From the NCBI RefSeq assembly GCF_000738915.1, contig NW_026515634.1, forward strand, positions 124,001 to 188,000: a stretch of 64,000 bases of DNA. The letters are read 5' to 3'. Below, one piece after another: positions 18,102 to 29,357 of this stretch. The notes under the pieces were generated by a model. It had not been told where the DNA came from. It ran no database searches and was given only the letters and a program-made list of their open reading frames with translations. The position numbers and the translations under genes were made by a program. Each line of letters begins with the position of its first letter. Within the stretch, counting starts at the first letter, position 1. This DNA is from Nematocida ausubeli (lineage: Eukaryota).

Positions 18102-20495
18102 ATGCAAGCAATGAAAGGACTATGCAGATACATTCTATTCTCCTACATCCTTATGAAGGTTAGTGCTTCTGTGCATATTCCGGGCACAGGGAAAAACATG
18201 GAAAAAACATACTTTTCCACTGTATTTGACCTAATGGAAAACAAGCTTGAAAGTATATTTTCTCTTGAGTGCAACAAAAGCATGCTGAAACAATGGATTA
18301 ATCTTGGAAAGAGGTCAAATTATATTGACGGTCTTGTATTGAATCATGAGCTCTTCATGAAAAACAAGATAAAAACAGAGAGCGGCCTGCTTTCCTTCCA
18401 AACCCCAGCCAGCCTAAAAAATACTACCAAAGAATCAGGCAAATTACCTTTCCTATTAGAAAGCAAAAAGCCCAGATCAGTTGAAGAAGAAAATATACAG
18501 ATCCATAACAGATGGGTCTCCAGTATGAGGGTTAAAACAGAAGAGAACTACAAAATAAGGCATGCAGCTTTTCTTAATGAAGGGCTACGCCTGGTTATTC
18601 TAGACTTATACTATGATGAAATGCTCAAAGCCCAAAGTCTTTCAACTCAGTCTTCTGATACCTATAACAAGAAAGATTATGAAAAGAAATACAAAAACAA
18701 GCTAAACACTGTATACGAAAAAATGGTTCCAATGACTACAAAAGCTTTTCTTTCAACAATTGGAGGGCTTCCATTGGCATTGCTAAAGGAAAAAGCACAT
18801 AGTATGATTGATAATATACTATGCGGGCTTCTAGTGGCAGGAGGTACAGAATTTAAATATAGGAAAGATATGTTTGAGATTCTCAATATTGATCTGAAAT
18901 CTAACCATGCTTATTTCCTTGAGAATACAGTTATTACAGAGAGTTTGATTGATGCAGCACTAGAATATGTTAACTCAATTCTGAAAAGAGATCTTTTATC
19001 CGATACTGACAAGATAAGTACTATGGAAGTATCAGACAATCTGATTAAGCTGCTTGGCCTCTATAAGATAGCTAATCTAGGCGAGACAGATGCCTTTTCT
19101 AGCATCCATATCCAGAGGGCCATTCAATCCCTATGTCTAAAATCCAGTCAGCTAATTGTTACTAACAACTACTACAAAATGTCATGTGATATGGACAAAG
19201 ATCTATTTAATGGACTTGCTGTTATCAAACAGAAACCATTCAATAGGCCAACGACCCATGGAGATGTCAGCGAAAGAATTGATAGTTCAATAGAACTGAC
19301 TAGCAACTGTGGAACTACCATTTCATTCCCTAAACTAGTAAATGGAAGGATTGTACATCATGTGTCTACCCCAGATTTCATGCGTTACCATAGGCATGCT
19401 ATTGGACTAGAAAAAGCGCTATGCTTCCTATTTGCTGAGCCAATTAAAACAGGGTGGGGTGTAGAATTCAATGATTTCATGTTTTCAGCCATAGTTGCTC
19501 CCATTCTAGAACAAAACACCTTCCACTTAAAGTATAACCAAAGTACTGTAACCATCACGCCAATTCCCACCAGCATGTTAATTGAGGAAGAAAATCATAC
19601 CCAGCAGAAACCTAATGAACTCAATATAAACATGGTATATAAAAATATACTCTCCCCAGGCAATGAATACACTCTGTATAAACACTCACTTATAAAACAA
19701 GAAAATGAAGAGTCATTTTTGATCAAATCCCAAACAGAAAAGATCAATCACAATGCTGCATACACTGGATCAAATGAGAGTAACTTACTAAGCGAACTGA
19801 TTCAGGGTAAAGAAAGAGCATTAGAAATTTGTTTGGATGGAATAGAAAAATGCAAAAGAAGTAACGATAAAACTATCCTCAATATGTCCGTGTTAGTGTT
19901 TATAGATCGTATATTTAAGATAGTTTTCAATCCTAGTTTTAGAAAATACGATTGCGCCGAGTCAGAATATACATGCCATAAGCTCAATATAGCTTTCCGA
20001 ATGCTAATTGGAATTAAAAATGCTTTTGAAGAGATTTACAATGATGATATCACTCTTGTTGACATCAACAAAGCATACCTCAGTATCATGAAATCTTATA
20101 TGAATGCGAGAAGTTGTGATATCATACTTAATCATTTGAAGGATGCTCTATCATATGATGATTATAGATCTATGCAGAATTACTCAAAGATGAACAGTAT
20201 GGTCTCTGAGAGTTACAACAAAAAGAATACCAACTACCTATTTTCTCAATATAATCAGCTAGTTAATATTCTTAACTCTAAAATTCACGGTTTTAGAATG
20301 CCCTCTGATTCTCAATATAATAGCAATATCACATTTATAGATCTATCAAAACTATTCCAGAAGAATGTGAATAATGACCCACTGAATGACAGTTCTCATG
20401 TTTCTACCCCATCCTTCGCAGTATCAGTAGATAGGTCTCTTATTCCACTTATACCTCTGCTTGAAGGCATAATAGATGTGGCAGTTGTAGAATAA
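18102..20495 (+). CDS. Orphan secreted protein (signal peptide)
   Basis: 797 aa ORF; MKGLCRYILFSYILMKVSA signal-like N-terminus; AT-rich coding; no recognised domain. Confidence 0.8.
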   Translation: MQAMKGLCRYILFSYILMKVSASVHIPGTGKNMEKTYFSTVFDLMENKLESIFSLECNKSMLKQWINLGKRSNYIDGLVLNHELFMKNKIKTESGLLSFQTPASLKNTTKESGKLPFLLESKKPRSVEEENIQIHNRWVSSMRVKTEENYKIRHAAFLNEGLRLVILDLYYDEMLKAQSLSTQSSDTYNKKDYEKKYKNKLNTVYEKMVPMTTKAFLSTIGGLPLALLKEKAHSMIDNILCGLLVAGGTEFKYRKDMFEILNIDLKSNHAYFLENTVITESLIDAALEYVNSILKRDLLSDTDKISTMEVSDNLIKLLGLYKIANLGETDAFSSIHIQRAIQSLCLKSSQLIVTNNYYKMSCDMDKDLFNGLAVIKQKPFNRPTTHGDVSERIDSSIELTSNCGTTISFPKLVNGRIVHHVSTPDFMRYHRHAIGLEKALCFLFAEPIKTGWGVEFNDFMFSAIVAPILEQNTFHLKYNQSTVTITPIPTSMLIEEENHTQQKPNELNINMVYKNILSPGNEYTLYKHSLIKQENEESFLIKSQTEKINHNAAYTGSNESNLLSELIQGKERALEICLDGIEKCKRSNDKTILNMSVLVFIDRIFKIVFNPSFRKYDCAESEYTCHKLNIAFRMLIGIKNAFEEIYNDDITLVDINKAYLSIMKSYMNARSCDIILNHLKDALSYDDYRSMQNYSKMNSMVSESYNKKNTNYLFSQYNQLVNILNSKIHGFRMPSDSQYNSNITFIDLSKLFQKNVNNDPLNDSSHVSTPSFAVSVDRSLIPLIPLLEGIIDVAVVE

Positions 20496-20668
20496 TAGGC
20501 TAATGGTACGGAAGCATCCACAATGAATTGTTTTAAACAAAATGTTTATTCCAGTGAAAGAGCCACTCATCTTTCTTAATCTGTAAATAAAGAATATTTG
20601 TCTATTTTTTGTACTATTTGTTGGCTGCTGTGTAAAACGCCTTTAAATTTCACCCTTTGAAACCATGC

Positions 20669-21739
20669 ATGGCGTTGGAGGAACAAGAAAAAAAGGTGAC
20701 TGCAGAGAGAAAAACCCATTCTAAACCTGTAAAGAAAAAGGCTATACTTCTTAATGAGCCATTTAAATCTTTCAGCGAAGGAGGGCAGAATAGCCCACTT
20801 CTTAACCAAATGAAAACAGAAATACGGAGGCTGTATGGTGAAAAAGTAAATATGGTAAATACAAATTATATTATGAAGCCACATGAGTTCAAGTGCCTAG
20901 CAAAAACGCTTTCTAAAAGACTTTGGAACGAAGAAAAAACGCTACAGTCTGTGGATGAGTTGATATACGCGGTTGATTTGCTCTGTAATGGGCAGGGCTT
21001 GCAGGAAGAAGCAGAAGCAGACGAGCAAACCCTAAGCTCCAAGGAGGCGCAAACAACAATAAGATTTATTACATCCGAACTGAACAGTTTAGTGCCGCAT
21101 GAAGAGACTCGAAGCACAGAAGAAGAAGGGAAAAGCCCGCTCTCAAGCATTCTAGGATCTCTTATGGGGGCAAAGGAGCAAATAAAAAAAGAACTTGCGC
21201 GTGCTGGGCACAGTACAGTGGAGTCTCTTGTTATGGAGAAAACGCGGCAAAAGAATCTTATTAATGCCATTACAGAGGCATTCTCAATCTCACCATCTGA
21301 TGATATTCTTCGCGCGCTGAAGGAAATGCATCTGCAGGAAGAAAGAAAGCAAAGAGACTACATTCAAGTAAAAGAAAAGAACTTTGAATGCCAAAAAAGA
21401 CATTTTGATGAGACAATGAGCCTGGCAGCAGAGAAGATATCTTGTCTAGAAAGCAGAAACAAGGAACTGACACAGCTTCTGCACGAAAGAGAAGACAAAG
21501 CATCCGAAGTTCTTGATAGAGGAGATGCTCTACAGCAAAACATTCTGCAGATAAAGCAAGTTCTTGCTGAAGAGGAGCTAAGAATACAGCAGGAGCGAGA
21601 GGAGTACAAAGTGGTCAAAAAAACTCTTATTGACTATAATAAGAAAATGACCAAAATTGTCCAAGAGCTAGTTGAGCGCATTAAAAAAGAGCAGCGTGAA
21701 AGAGACGCATTGGCTAAAATGGAGGCTGAAGGAAAATAA
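20669..21739 (+). CDS. Coiled-coil hypothetical protein
   Basis: Long ORF with E/K/Q-rich heptad-like C-terminal half; first ATG 20669. Confidence 0.75.
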   Translation: MALEEQEKKVTAERKTHSKPVKKKAILLNEPFKSFSEGGQNSPLLNQMKTEIRRLYGEKVNMVNTNYIMKPHEFKCLAKTLSKRLWNEEKTLQSVDELIYAVDLLCNGQGLQEEAEADEQTLSSKEAQTTIRFITSELNSLVPHEETRSTEEEGKSPLSSILGSLMGAKEQIKKELARAGHSTVESLVMEKTRQKNLINAITEAFSISPSDDILRALKEMHLQEERKQRDYIQVKEKNFECQKRHFDETMSLAAEKISCLESRNKELTQLLHEREDKASEVLDRGDALQQNILQIKQVLAEEELRIQQEREEYKVVKKTLIDYNKKMTKIVQELVERIKKEQRERDALAKMEAEGK

Positions 21740-21836
21740 ATATAAAAATTTAGCGTATGCATCTGTAACTTGTCTTTCTTTAAGTATTATGCTAAACATG
21801 CGGATAAATTTAGACAAAACTCTGTGTTAATATTTT

Positions 21837-22769
21837 ATGGGAAACAGAGAAGACGAGAGCATGGCAAATGCATCCTCGGTTATGCTGGACTCTTCCTCCA
21901 AATCACTCGTAGATGTCTCTTGGCTAAGCAGTCTCCACCAGGAGCCTGCGCCCTGGATTGAGCCAACAGAGCCTCTCTACCTACCTGGTTGGATGCATCT
22001 GGATGCAGCTGAAAATGCATGCGATACAATAAAAATTCGAGTGGACGATGTGTACTATGAATTTCTTGCAAGCAAATACCCGGAAAATGCAGCAGAAGTT
22101 GAGGAGATAGAAAAAAGAATTACAAGCAACAGAAAGGCGTGTGCGCAGATTGCTGCAATAAGCAAAAACAAAACAGATGGAGAAGAGAACGCTTCAGTAA
22201 TTGTAGATCTTGTTAGCACAGAAGACAAAAGCGATGCAAGCGATGCATATGACAGCAAACACATAGACGAGAGAGAAGAGTCACAGATATTAAGGCACTC
22301 AGAGCTCAAGGAGGATATGGTTTTTTTATGGGACAGAGAAGCAGCAGAGAAAAGCATTGCTGCTTACAATGCCTCTGTTATAAAGAATGCAGAAAGAGGC
22401 AAAATTGTGGGTGCCCTTACGCGAGCGTGCGATATATCAGAGAGCCTCACATCTGTGTCTTTTACACACAATGTATCCTTTGTGCATATATGCAAAGAGA
22501 CTGCAGAGGCTGCGCTTGAGACCTTGGAGGCTGCTCTGTCGAGAGATGAAAAAGGCTTGGGGCCAGCGCTTAGACTAAAAAAGACGAACAATCCACAGGA
22601 ACTACTGGATGTTGTGCTTCGATCTATTTCAGGCATAGGAAATGAAGAAATTCGGATTCTAAGAAAGACGTTTGCGTCAGTTGCAGAGATATCCCAAATT
22701 GAAAAGATAGAGAGTCTCTCTGGCATAAAAGAGGACACAATAGCAAAGATTAAAACCCTTTTTAAATAA
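21837..22769 (+). CDS. EME1/Mms4-like non-catalytic XPF-family subunit (tentative)
   Basis: C-terminal tandem HhH-like motifs LRSISGIGNEEIRILRKTFASV and LSGIKEDTIAKI preceded by an ERCC4-like segment lacking catalytic ERK. Confidence 0.55.
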   Translation: MGNREDESMANASSVMLDSSSKSLVDVSWLSSLHQEPAPWIEPTEPLYLPGWMHLDAAENACDTIKIRVDDVYYEFLASKYPENAAEVEEIEKRITSNRKACAQIAAISKNKTDGEENASVIVDLVSTEDKSDASDAYDSKHIDEREESQILRHSELKEDMVFLWDREAAEKSIAAYNASVIKNAERGKIVGALTRACDISESLTSVSFTHNVSFVHICKETAEAALETLEAALSRDEKGLGPALRLKKTNNPQELLDVVLRSISGIGNEEIRILRKTFASVAEISQIEKIESLSGIKEDTIAKIKTLFK

Positions 22770-24350
22770 ATTGCATTTAAATTACACTGGTTGCACACAA
22801 GAATATAAATGCACATAATAGCACAGGGGAGTAAAATATTGCATATAGTACTATAAAGAAACAAGTTGCTTGCTATAGAAGAGGGAACTGAAAGATTCTA
22901 TGTTTATACGTGTGTATTTTTCTTTTTTAGTGGCTCCATTTATAAAGCTTAATATGAGCTGCTAAAATTTAAATATCTGACGGGTTTCTAACTTTACTTT
23001 ATCTCACCAAATAATTCTGGTCTAGTTAATTAACTATTATGCAGACTACCGCTCCGCATCCAGGCTTCTACTGGCCCCACCATCAGCTGGACTTATTTGT
23101 CTCAAAAGTAAAGGCAAAAATGAATAGCCCCCTATGTCTTTGTTAGTGTGTATATGATATTTTTGTAATTTTTCGAATATATTCCATCTTAGTGGGTTTT
23201 TATTTTATTATTTTCAGATTACAAGTCATAATCTCTTCAGTTCACTACTCCTAAATAGTATGTCTATATAATATTTATTTTTTCACTAAAGCAAAGGAAA
23301 ATCGAAAAACAGCACATTTTCCATCGGCAGCTATATAGGCCATGCGAGACAGGAACACTTAGCGTATATCTGCTTCTATACAAAACAATACACAGAACAA
23401 TATAGAAAAAAAATAGCGATATTAATATGAGCCATTTTTTGTACGTTTATTGAGCACCATGCAGATATGCATGAAAATAGGATATGCTAGAAAGATATGT
23501 GATAAAAATACAAGACACTGTTTGAATACTCTAAATTCCCCTTCAGTTCCAATTTGATATATAAAATATGCTTATACAGATTCTAAAGCTTTACTACAGG
23601 ATAGATTCTGTATTACTACTTTCACAATGTACTACAATGCAGCTCAGTTAAATGTGCTACTAAAAAGAAAATAGTAAAAGCAACAATAAAAAATAAAATA
23701 CCTTTAGTCTTATTCAGAATATGAATAGCCCTCATATGGGCGTTTTTTCTTGGAGGATCTCTTCTATATGCGCCAAGCATATGCATTTATTAGAGAGATG
23801 CAGTCTATTTATATGCCTATTTTAATTAGTAATTTCAGGCTAATTATAACATGTGTATATCTTTGGCATTCCACATAGCAAAGCTACATGCAAACAGAGA
23901 TGCCCATACATGCCTATCCTACACTAGAGACCCGAATTCTATATATTACTGCAAAACAGCAAAGAAAATTGCAGAGAAGAAATTCATCTATTCTACTCAT
24001 AGGAAAAGTGGTTAAAAATCAGTTCTCTCAAATGTAACTGTTTTAAAGCTGCATTTTACATATATGCCATTTTCTCATGGCAGTGCCTGTGCGAATTCAG
24101 AGTACCATAGAGAAGCCCTGCCTTTTGGGAATATAGTTCTAACAAGTTTGCGCTTTCTACTAAAAATTAAATTTGGGTGCAAAGAATGCTATGGATACGC
24201 AAAGTATATATTCGCCAGATTATAAAGCAAGCTGCTTAGTACTGCTGCATATATCTGCTTGCGTGTTGCTTCACATGCTTTGCATCAGAGGCCGCGCTTA
24301 GAAATGTCATCACACAAGGCGAGTTCAATTATAACTTGAAAGTGCTTTTA

Positions 24351-25208
24351 TTATAGAGATGTGGTGGGGGTGGTTTTTCTAATTATGGTATCATACGCAT
24401 GAGAAGCAGCTGATGACATGCTGTCATCTGATATTTCTAGCTCCAGTCTTTTCTTCAGCTTTGATGACGCCTTTTTCTTTGTTTTATTTTTAGTTCGGGT
24501 TGACTCCTTTGGGAGCTTCGCGGGCGGCTTGTATGGGCTTTCTGTGTCATTTTCCGATGACTCGGAGTGTGCATATCTTCCAAGTATATTGATGATTTTG
24601 CTTTTCGATCTTTTTTCCTCAAAGATAGCTTTTTTTCTTAAGAGATTTCGTACATTTTCCAGGCTTTCAACCTTTTTATCCAACCTCTGTAGGATTTTGC
24701 TCGCAAGTGGGGTCTCGCGGGAGGTTCCCTTGATCTTATTGGCCATTTCTAGATTCACAGGAGGAAGAGACTTAGTTATGCTTCTTAGTGTAATTTTGTG
24801 CTTTTCACTGCTCTGGCATGTGTATGTGTGTACGAATATCTGGTCTGAAAAGGTAACTCTTTTTTCTGTATAGTCAGAGCTACACTCGGTCTCTTCTTTT
24901 TCAACCTTCTTCTTTTTGCGCTTAAAGATTAGTTTGGCCAGAGAGTATGGGAAAATTGCACATTTTACCAGAAGTGATTTAATCTTTTTGGCAATATTCT
25001 TCTTAGGCTTTGTTTGAGATTCCTTCTTCTGTCTGTTCGCTTTTGTGCCTTTGGAAGATGTGGCCTGAGAGGATGTCTGGTCTTTTTTCTTTTGTTTACT
25101 ATCCTTTTCAGATGAGTGGTAATGCCTTCTGCGAGGGAGATCATCCATTTCTGAGTCTGTGGAGTCTAGTCTGCTGCTTCTTTTTGAGCTCTCCCGTTTC
25201 TTTCCCAT
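24351..25208 (-). CDS. Lys/Ser-rich hypothetical protein with RVxF-like motif
   Basis: 285 aa ORF; KRVTFSDQI motif. Confidence 0.7.
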   Translation of the reverse strand: MGKKRESSKRSSRLDSTDSEMDDLPRRRHYHSSEKDSKQKKKDQTSSQATSSKGTKANRQKKESQTKPKKNIAKKIKSLLVKCAIFPYSLAKLIFKRKKKKVEKEETECSSDYTEKRVTFSDQIFVHTYTCQSSEKHKITLRSITKSLPPVNLEMANKIKGTSRETPLASKILQRLDKKVESLENVRNLLRKKAIFEEKRSKSKIINILGRYAHSESSENDTESPYKPPAKLPKESTRTKNKTKKKASSKLKKRLELEISDDSMSSAASHAYDTIIRKTTPTTSL

Positions 25209-25829
25209 ATGTGTTCGTGTGCCTATTTGTTTTTATATTCCTTAAGTTTCATAGAAAAGTTTCACATTCCAAACACATTAGCTGTAATATCTTAGATCAT
25301 AAGAGAGACCGTCAATTTGTGCTATGTAGATGTTCTGTTCAAAAAGATCTGCTTAGTCTTTGTGCCGCCAGGTGTATATGCCTCTGTGGAAAAAGCTGCA
25401 TATGTAAAAACGCAAGCTATATTTCCTGTGTATATATTGAACTAGAGCAATGCTTCTTCTAGACTATATACACCGCATATATGCTGGGCACAAGAATAGT
25501 ATGCTATATACACTGTATGCTCTATCCACTTGGTTTAAGTCTTTAAAAAGCTAGGTTGAAATAAATAGCAAAGAAAAGATAAATGATTTAAGTTTATTTT
25601 GTTCTTATAAAAATCACTTCCTTTTTTGCAAGAATAAGATTCAGGAAGATTCTCCATAAGCTGCTGCACAGCAGTGCATGTTTGTAGAAGCACAGAAAGG
25701 AATAAAATTAGAATGTAGTAGAAGAATAAATAGCCAGGTAAAAACACAGTATAAAATTCAATATAGATGAAAGAGATAAATATTTGAGTTTTATTATTGA
25801 TAACCCGAATAAAATAGAGAACTTCAGAC

Positions 25830-26429
25830 TTACTCTTCTTCTTCCTCAACATTCTCTTCAACTAACTTGGCTGTTCCTTTAGATGTGGTGCTGGGCCCCC
25901 CTTTACTGCTGCTTCTGTTGCCGCCTTTGTTTGTGGTAGAGGTTGTTGTAGTGGTCGTGACAGTATTAGAGGTACTCTGCTGCTCTTTTAGAAGTTGTTC
26001 ATACTCAGCGGGGAGTGTTGTATGAAGAGAGTCTTTTGAGTCTGGCTTTGTGTTGGTTGCTATATCAACCAAAGAATTTAGGATTATAGATTTCGAATTT
26101 GGCCCTAACTCCATGAGTGGATTTATTCCCTCGCCCTTTCTGACATATACTGTAAGTCGAGCCCAAGTCTGAAGACCAAGCTCCCTTGCCACATCATTTG
26201 CATTCTTTAGGTTTTTAAAGTTAGTTATAAAGTTTACCTGGCTTTTAGTCAGAGCTACTGGCTCTTCGCTATCATCATAGTATGAGTTTATAGCAGGCTT
26301 ATTAGTATTTGCCGTCTGGGATCTGACTCCTGCTGGGCCTGACTGAGAGGAAGTTGACTTTGCGTATGCTCCGCCAGACAGTGCGCTGCTTAGTGCTAGA
26401 ATAACTCCAAAAGAACTGAGTATCTTCAT
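25830..26429 (-). CDS. Secreted Ser/Thr-rich protein with acidic tail
   Basis: Signal peptide MKILSSFGVILALSSALSGGAYA; poly-Thr tract; C-terminal EENVEEEEE. Confidence 0.8.
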   Translation of the reverse strand: MKILSSFGVILALSSALSGGAYAKSTSSQSGPAGVRSQTANTNKPAINSYYDDSEEPVALTKSQVNFITNFKNLKNANDVARELGLQTWARLTVYVRKGEGINPLMELGPNSKSIILNSLVDIATNTKPDSKDSLHTTLPAEYEQLLKEQQSTSNTVTTTTTTSTTNKGGNRSSSKGGPSTTSKGTAKLVEENVEEEEE

Positions 26430-26616
26430 TGCTGTATCTCTCTAGCTATGTTATATACACCCATCCTAAACACAGAATCATTTTACACCAATTAAAAACA
26501 TAAAACACAAGACCTGTAACCTACATATTACACAGTGTTTTCTAGGACTATTTAGATTAGGCAGATCTTCTACCATAGCCCATCTTTCATTTAAACGCGT
26601 ATCTGAATAGCTTAAA

Positions 26617-27462
26617 CTATATTCCGACCGACATTTTAAGGTATGCACGCATGATCGAATGTATACCCCACTCTGTGCTCCTTTCTGTGTCTACAAACAA
26701 AGACTTGTACTTACTTATAATCTCGCCAACCTTTTTTTGAGCTATTCCTGATGCGCGCGGCGAGAGCGTTAGGTACAAATCATCTATGAAGCAGCAGAAC
26801 ACCAGAGCGCACACAATAATGTCTAGTTTCAAAATGTCGCGATCTTCGTATTGGCTTTCTCCTGTTAAATACGCAGTGAGATCAAGTATTATCTTTGACT
26901 TGACTCCTTTAAAAGCCACCTCTTCATTTGAAACAACTTGGCCTCTGTTTGCTACAAGGTTAATAAACTCACGTGTCTTGCTTTTGCTTCTTTTTAGTAT
27001 CTTTTTTTCAACAAGGCACTTGCCTATTCGCTTTCTTGTGTTTCGCACATGGTACTTGTCTTTCTTTATTGAGTATGACTCTCCATTCAGCAGCTTCAAC
27101 CATGTACTGACAGACTTTGGGTGAACTGCTTTTCTAATATTGCCGTGCACCTCATCGTGTATACTGTCAAGAGGCATGTATGTGTCCCGCGCGACTATAA
27201 TGTCGTCTTTGTCTATAGCAATGCCCCCGCACAGAACCAGCTCGCTGAGTAGAAGGGCCCGAAGTGTTATTGAGACTGGATCGTACAAGCCAGGAATAGA
27301 CATCTGCGCCACTGTTGTAGTAAAAATAACAAGAATTTCAGAAAGGTTTAGGTCTGTCTTCATTCGCTTAAGAGAAGAAAAAGCATTCTCCTGTTTTACA
27401 TCTCTTCGCCTAGGAGAAAAATCGTCCATATGTGGTGTTAAAAGAAAATAATCTTTATTCAT
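26617..27462 (-). CDS. VPS74: Vps74/GOLPH3 Golgi phosphoprotein
   Basis: DPVSITLRALLLSELVLCG, WLKLLNGESY, RNTRKRIGKCLVEKKIL match the GPP34 family; ATG 27462. Confidence 0.85.
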   Translation of the reverse strand: MNKDYFLLTPHMDDFSPRRRDVKQENAFSSLKRMKTDLNLSEILVIFTTTVAQMSIPGLYDPVSITLRALLLSELVLCGGIAIDKDDIIVARDTYMPLDSIHDEVHGNIRKAVHPKSVSTWLKLLNGESYSIKKDKYHVRNTRKRIGKCLVEKKILKRSKSKTREFINLVANRGQVVSNEEVAFKGVKSKIILDLTAYLTGESQYEDRDILKLDIIVCALVFCCFIDDLYLTLSPRASGIAQKKVGEIISKYKSLFVDTERSTEWGIHSIMRAYLKMSVGI

Positions 27463-28352
27463 TCTAATGAAATATAAGAAGAGTGCTCCAAAAATAAAAA
27501 GCACCCAGAGAAAAACACTGAGTTAGTCTTTCCAGCGGAGATGCGAATGTCTTTCGTGTTTCTCAGTGTGCTTATTATAGCGTGGTTGATTTTTTCGTCA
27601 ATCTCAGCTGAAGAGTGCGCCCGCACATAGTTTAAGTACTCAATGATGCGTCTAAACTTGGCAGGCGTGTCTTTATCATTTTGGTTGTAGCTCGCATCAA
27701 TCAGATGCTTCTCCAGTGTCTTTACATCTCTAATATAGAGCATGTTCTGGACCTGCAGGTCCTTTTCTGTACTCTGAGACACGTTCTCAGAGGCCTTGCT
27801 GTACAAGTCCAGAATTTGCTCCTTTAGTATTCTGGCAGGGCTTGTTTTCATCAGCCCCCGAAAAATCGCATTCAGACTGTTTAGATTGTTTCTATCAAGC
27901 AGCTTTTCCATTACGTCCTTCCAGTGCGCTTGTGCGGCCTCCATCTCGCTCTGTGCGTGAAACTGTCTTCTTTCTCTGCCAGAGCTGGCTTTAGACTGTG
28001 CTTCTTGGCAGTCAAGAATGCTGGTTGCAACATACGCGGATAGAGCATCTGTGAATTTCATGTATCCAACAAAAGTAGGCGACATTTCTGCCTCGTTGTC
28101 ATAGCTGAACTTAAGTATTTCAACAGGTGTTATATCCATCAAGATTTTCACTTCTGTCTGGGTTAGCTCCTGTGCAAATTCCTCTGTATCCAGCATGCAT
28201 AGATCTAGGGCCTCTGCCTCTGATATTTTGGAGGAAAGCTCTTTCTCATCTATTTCGCTTTGATCTGGGGCTTTCCCTTTTTCTGAGGACTTCTGCTTCT
28301 CTTTTCCCTTCTTTGTCTCCTCTTGCTTCTTTTCGTACTCTGAACGTATCAT
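27459..28352 (-). CDS. RasGEF (Cdc25-like) domain protein
   Basis: EEFAQELTQTE, LSAYVATSIL, NNLNSLNAIFRGL resemble RasGEF conserved regions. Confidence 0.65.
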   Translation of the reverse strand: MIRSEYEKKQEETKKGKEKQKSSEKGKAPDQSEIDEKELSSKISEAEALDLCMLDTEEFAQELTQTEVKILMDITPVEILKFSYDNEAEMSPTFVGYMKFTDALSAYVATSILDCQEAQSKASSGRERRQFHAQSEMEAAQAHWKDVMEKLLDRNNLNSLNAIFRGLMKTSPARILKEQILDLYSKASENVSQSTEKDLQVQNMLYIRDVKTLEKHLIDASYNQNDKDTPAKFRRIIEYLNYVRAHSSAEIDEKINHAIISTLRNTKDIRISAGKTNSVFFSGCFLFLEHSSYISLE

Positions 28353-28509
28353 TGCATGGTTTTAGAACTGGGTTTTTATCATCGACAGAAAGCCGCATTT
28401 ATTTTGAACAGCGCACATGTAATCTGGATATATGTGGGCGCCCTTTGAACGCAGGCTGAATAGTCCACAGGCACTCCTGTTTAATACAAAATATAAACTT
28501 ATTTAACAT

Positions 28510-29337
28510 TTATTTTGGGCTTTCTTCTATAGCAACCGCGACTGCCTCTTTTCTACACATAGGGCACTCATTCGAATAATTGGTCAGCCACTCAGAAACA
28601 CACTCGCTATGAAACGTGTGCATACAGTGCAGTTTTCGAATGATTTCCTCCTTCTCTATATCCACCAAGCAGATTGGACACTCCCCCTCGCTTCCATCTG
28701 CGCTTACTTCGGGGATCTTTTCGTCCAAGTCCTCCTTGCCAATGGTCTTTCGGTGAGACACAGGATCCTCAATATAGTATGTTATAGTGAACACGATGCT
28801 GCGCGCGTGCGGCGAGTTTGGGTCGGGGGGTGGATTGTTGCTTGCAGACCCATCAAAAAATGTGTCTACTTCAACAGAGTTCATGGAGTCATAGAGATGC
28901 GGATTTCCTCTTACACTCTGCACTGCCGTCATAATAGCTCTAAATGCATCAACCGGAATATAGCGCGACATATTTGTATTCTCAAGCCTTTCCCACTCTT
29001 CTCTCTCAGTGGCCTGCACTGCCTCCTCTGCTTGGCTGCTGCTCGGCCTATTCAAGATACTTATGCGAGATGGCTGCTCGCCTGGGCTCCTCAGTGCATT
29101 GACACCAACCTCTGGCCACATGATGGTTAAAAGACGAGCTAGCGTACTCCTTGCTGTCTCAATTAGAGACCGTGAATCGCCTGCTGAATCCCGTATGCTT
29201 TCCGGGGTGCTCTCCAACGCAGGCTCAGCTGGCTGCACTGGGGCCTGCACTTCCTCCTCTAAAATACGTGTGTCTTTTTCTTCAGCATTTTTTTTGTGCT
29301 CTTTTCTATGCGGTTCCACGCCAGTCTTTCGTTTCAT
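28510..29337 (-). CDS. RING-H2 E3 ubiquitin ligase
   Basis: CPICL...LHCMHTFHSECVSEWL...CPMCR. Confidence 0.9.
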   Translation of the reverse strand: MKRKTGVEPHRKEHKKNAEEKDTRILEEEVQAPVQPAEPALESTPESIRDSAGDSRSLIETARSTLARLLTIMWPEVGVNALRSPGEQPSRISILNRPSSSQAEEAVQATEREEWERLENTNMSRYIPVDAFRAIMTAVQSVRGNPHLYDSMNSVEVDTFFDGSASNNPPPDPNSPHARSIVFTITYYIEDPVSHRKTIGKEDLDEKIPEVSADGSEGECPICLVDIEKEEIIRKLHCMHTFHSECVSEWLTNYSNECPMCRKEAVAVAIEESPK

Positions 29338-29357
29338 GTGCCAATTAAAACGAAATT

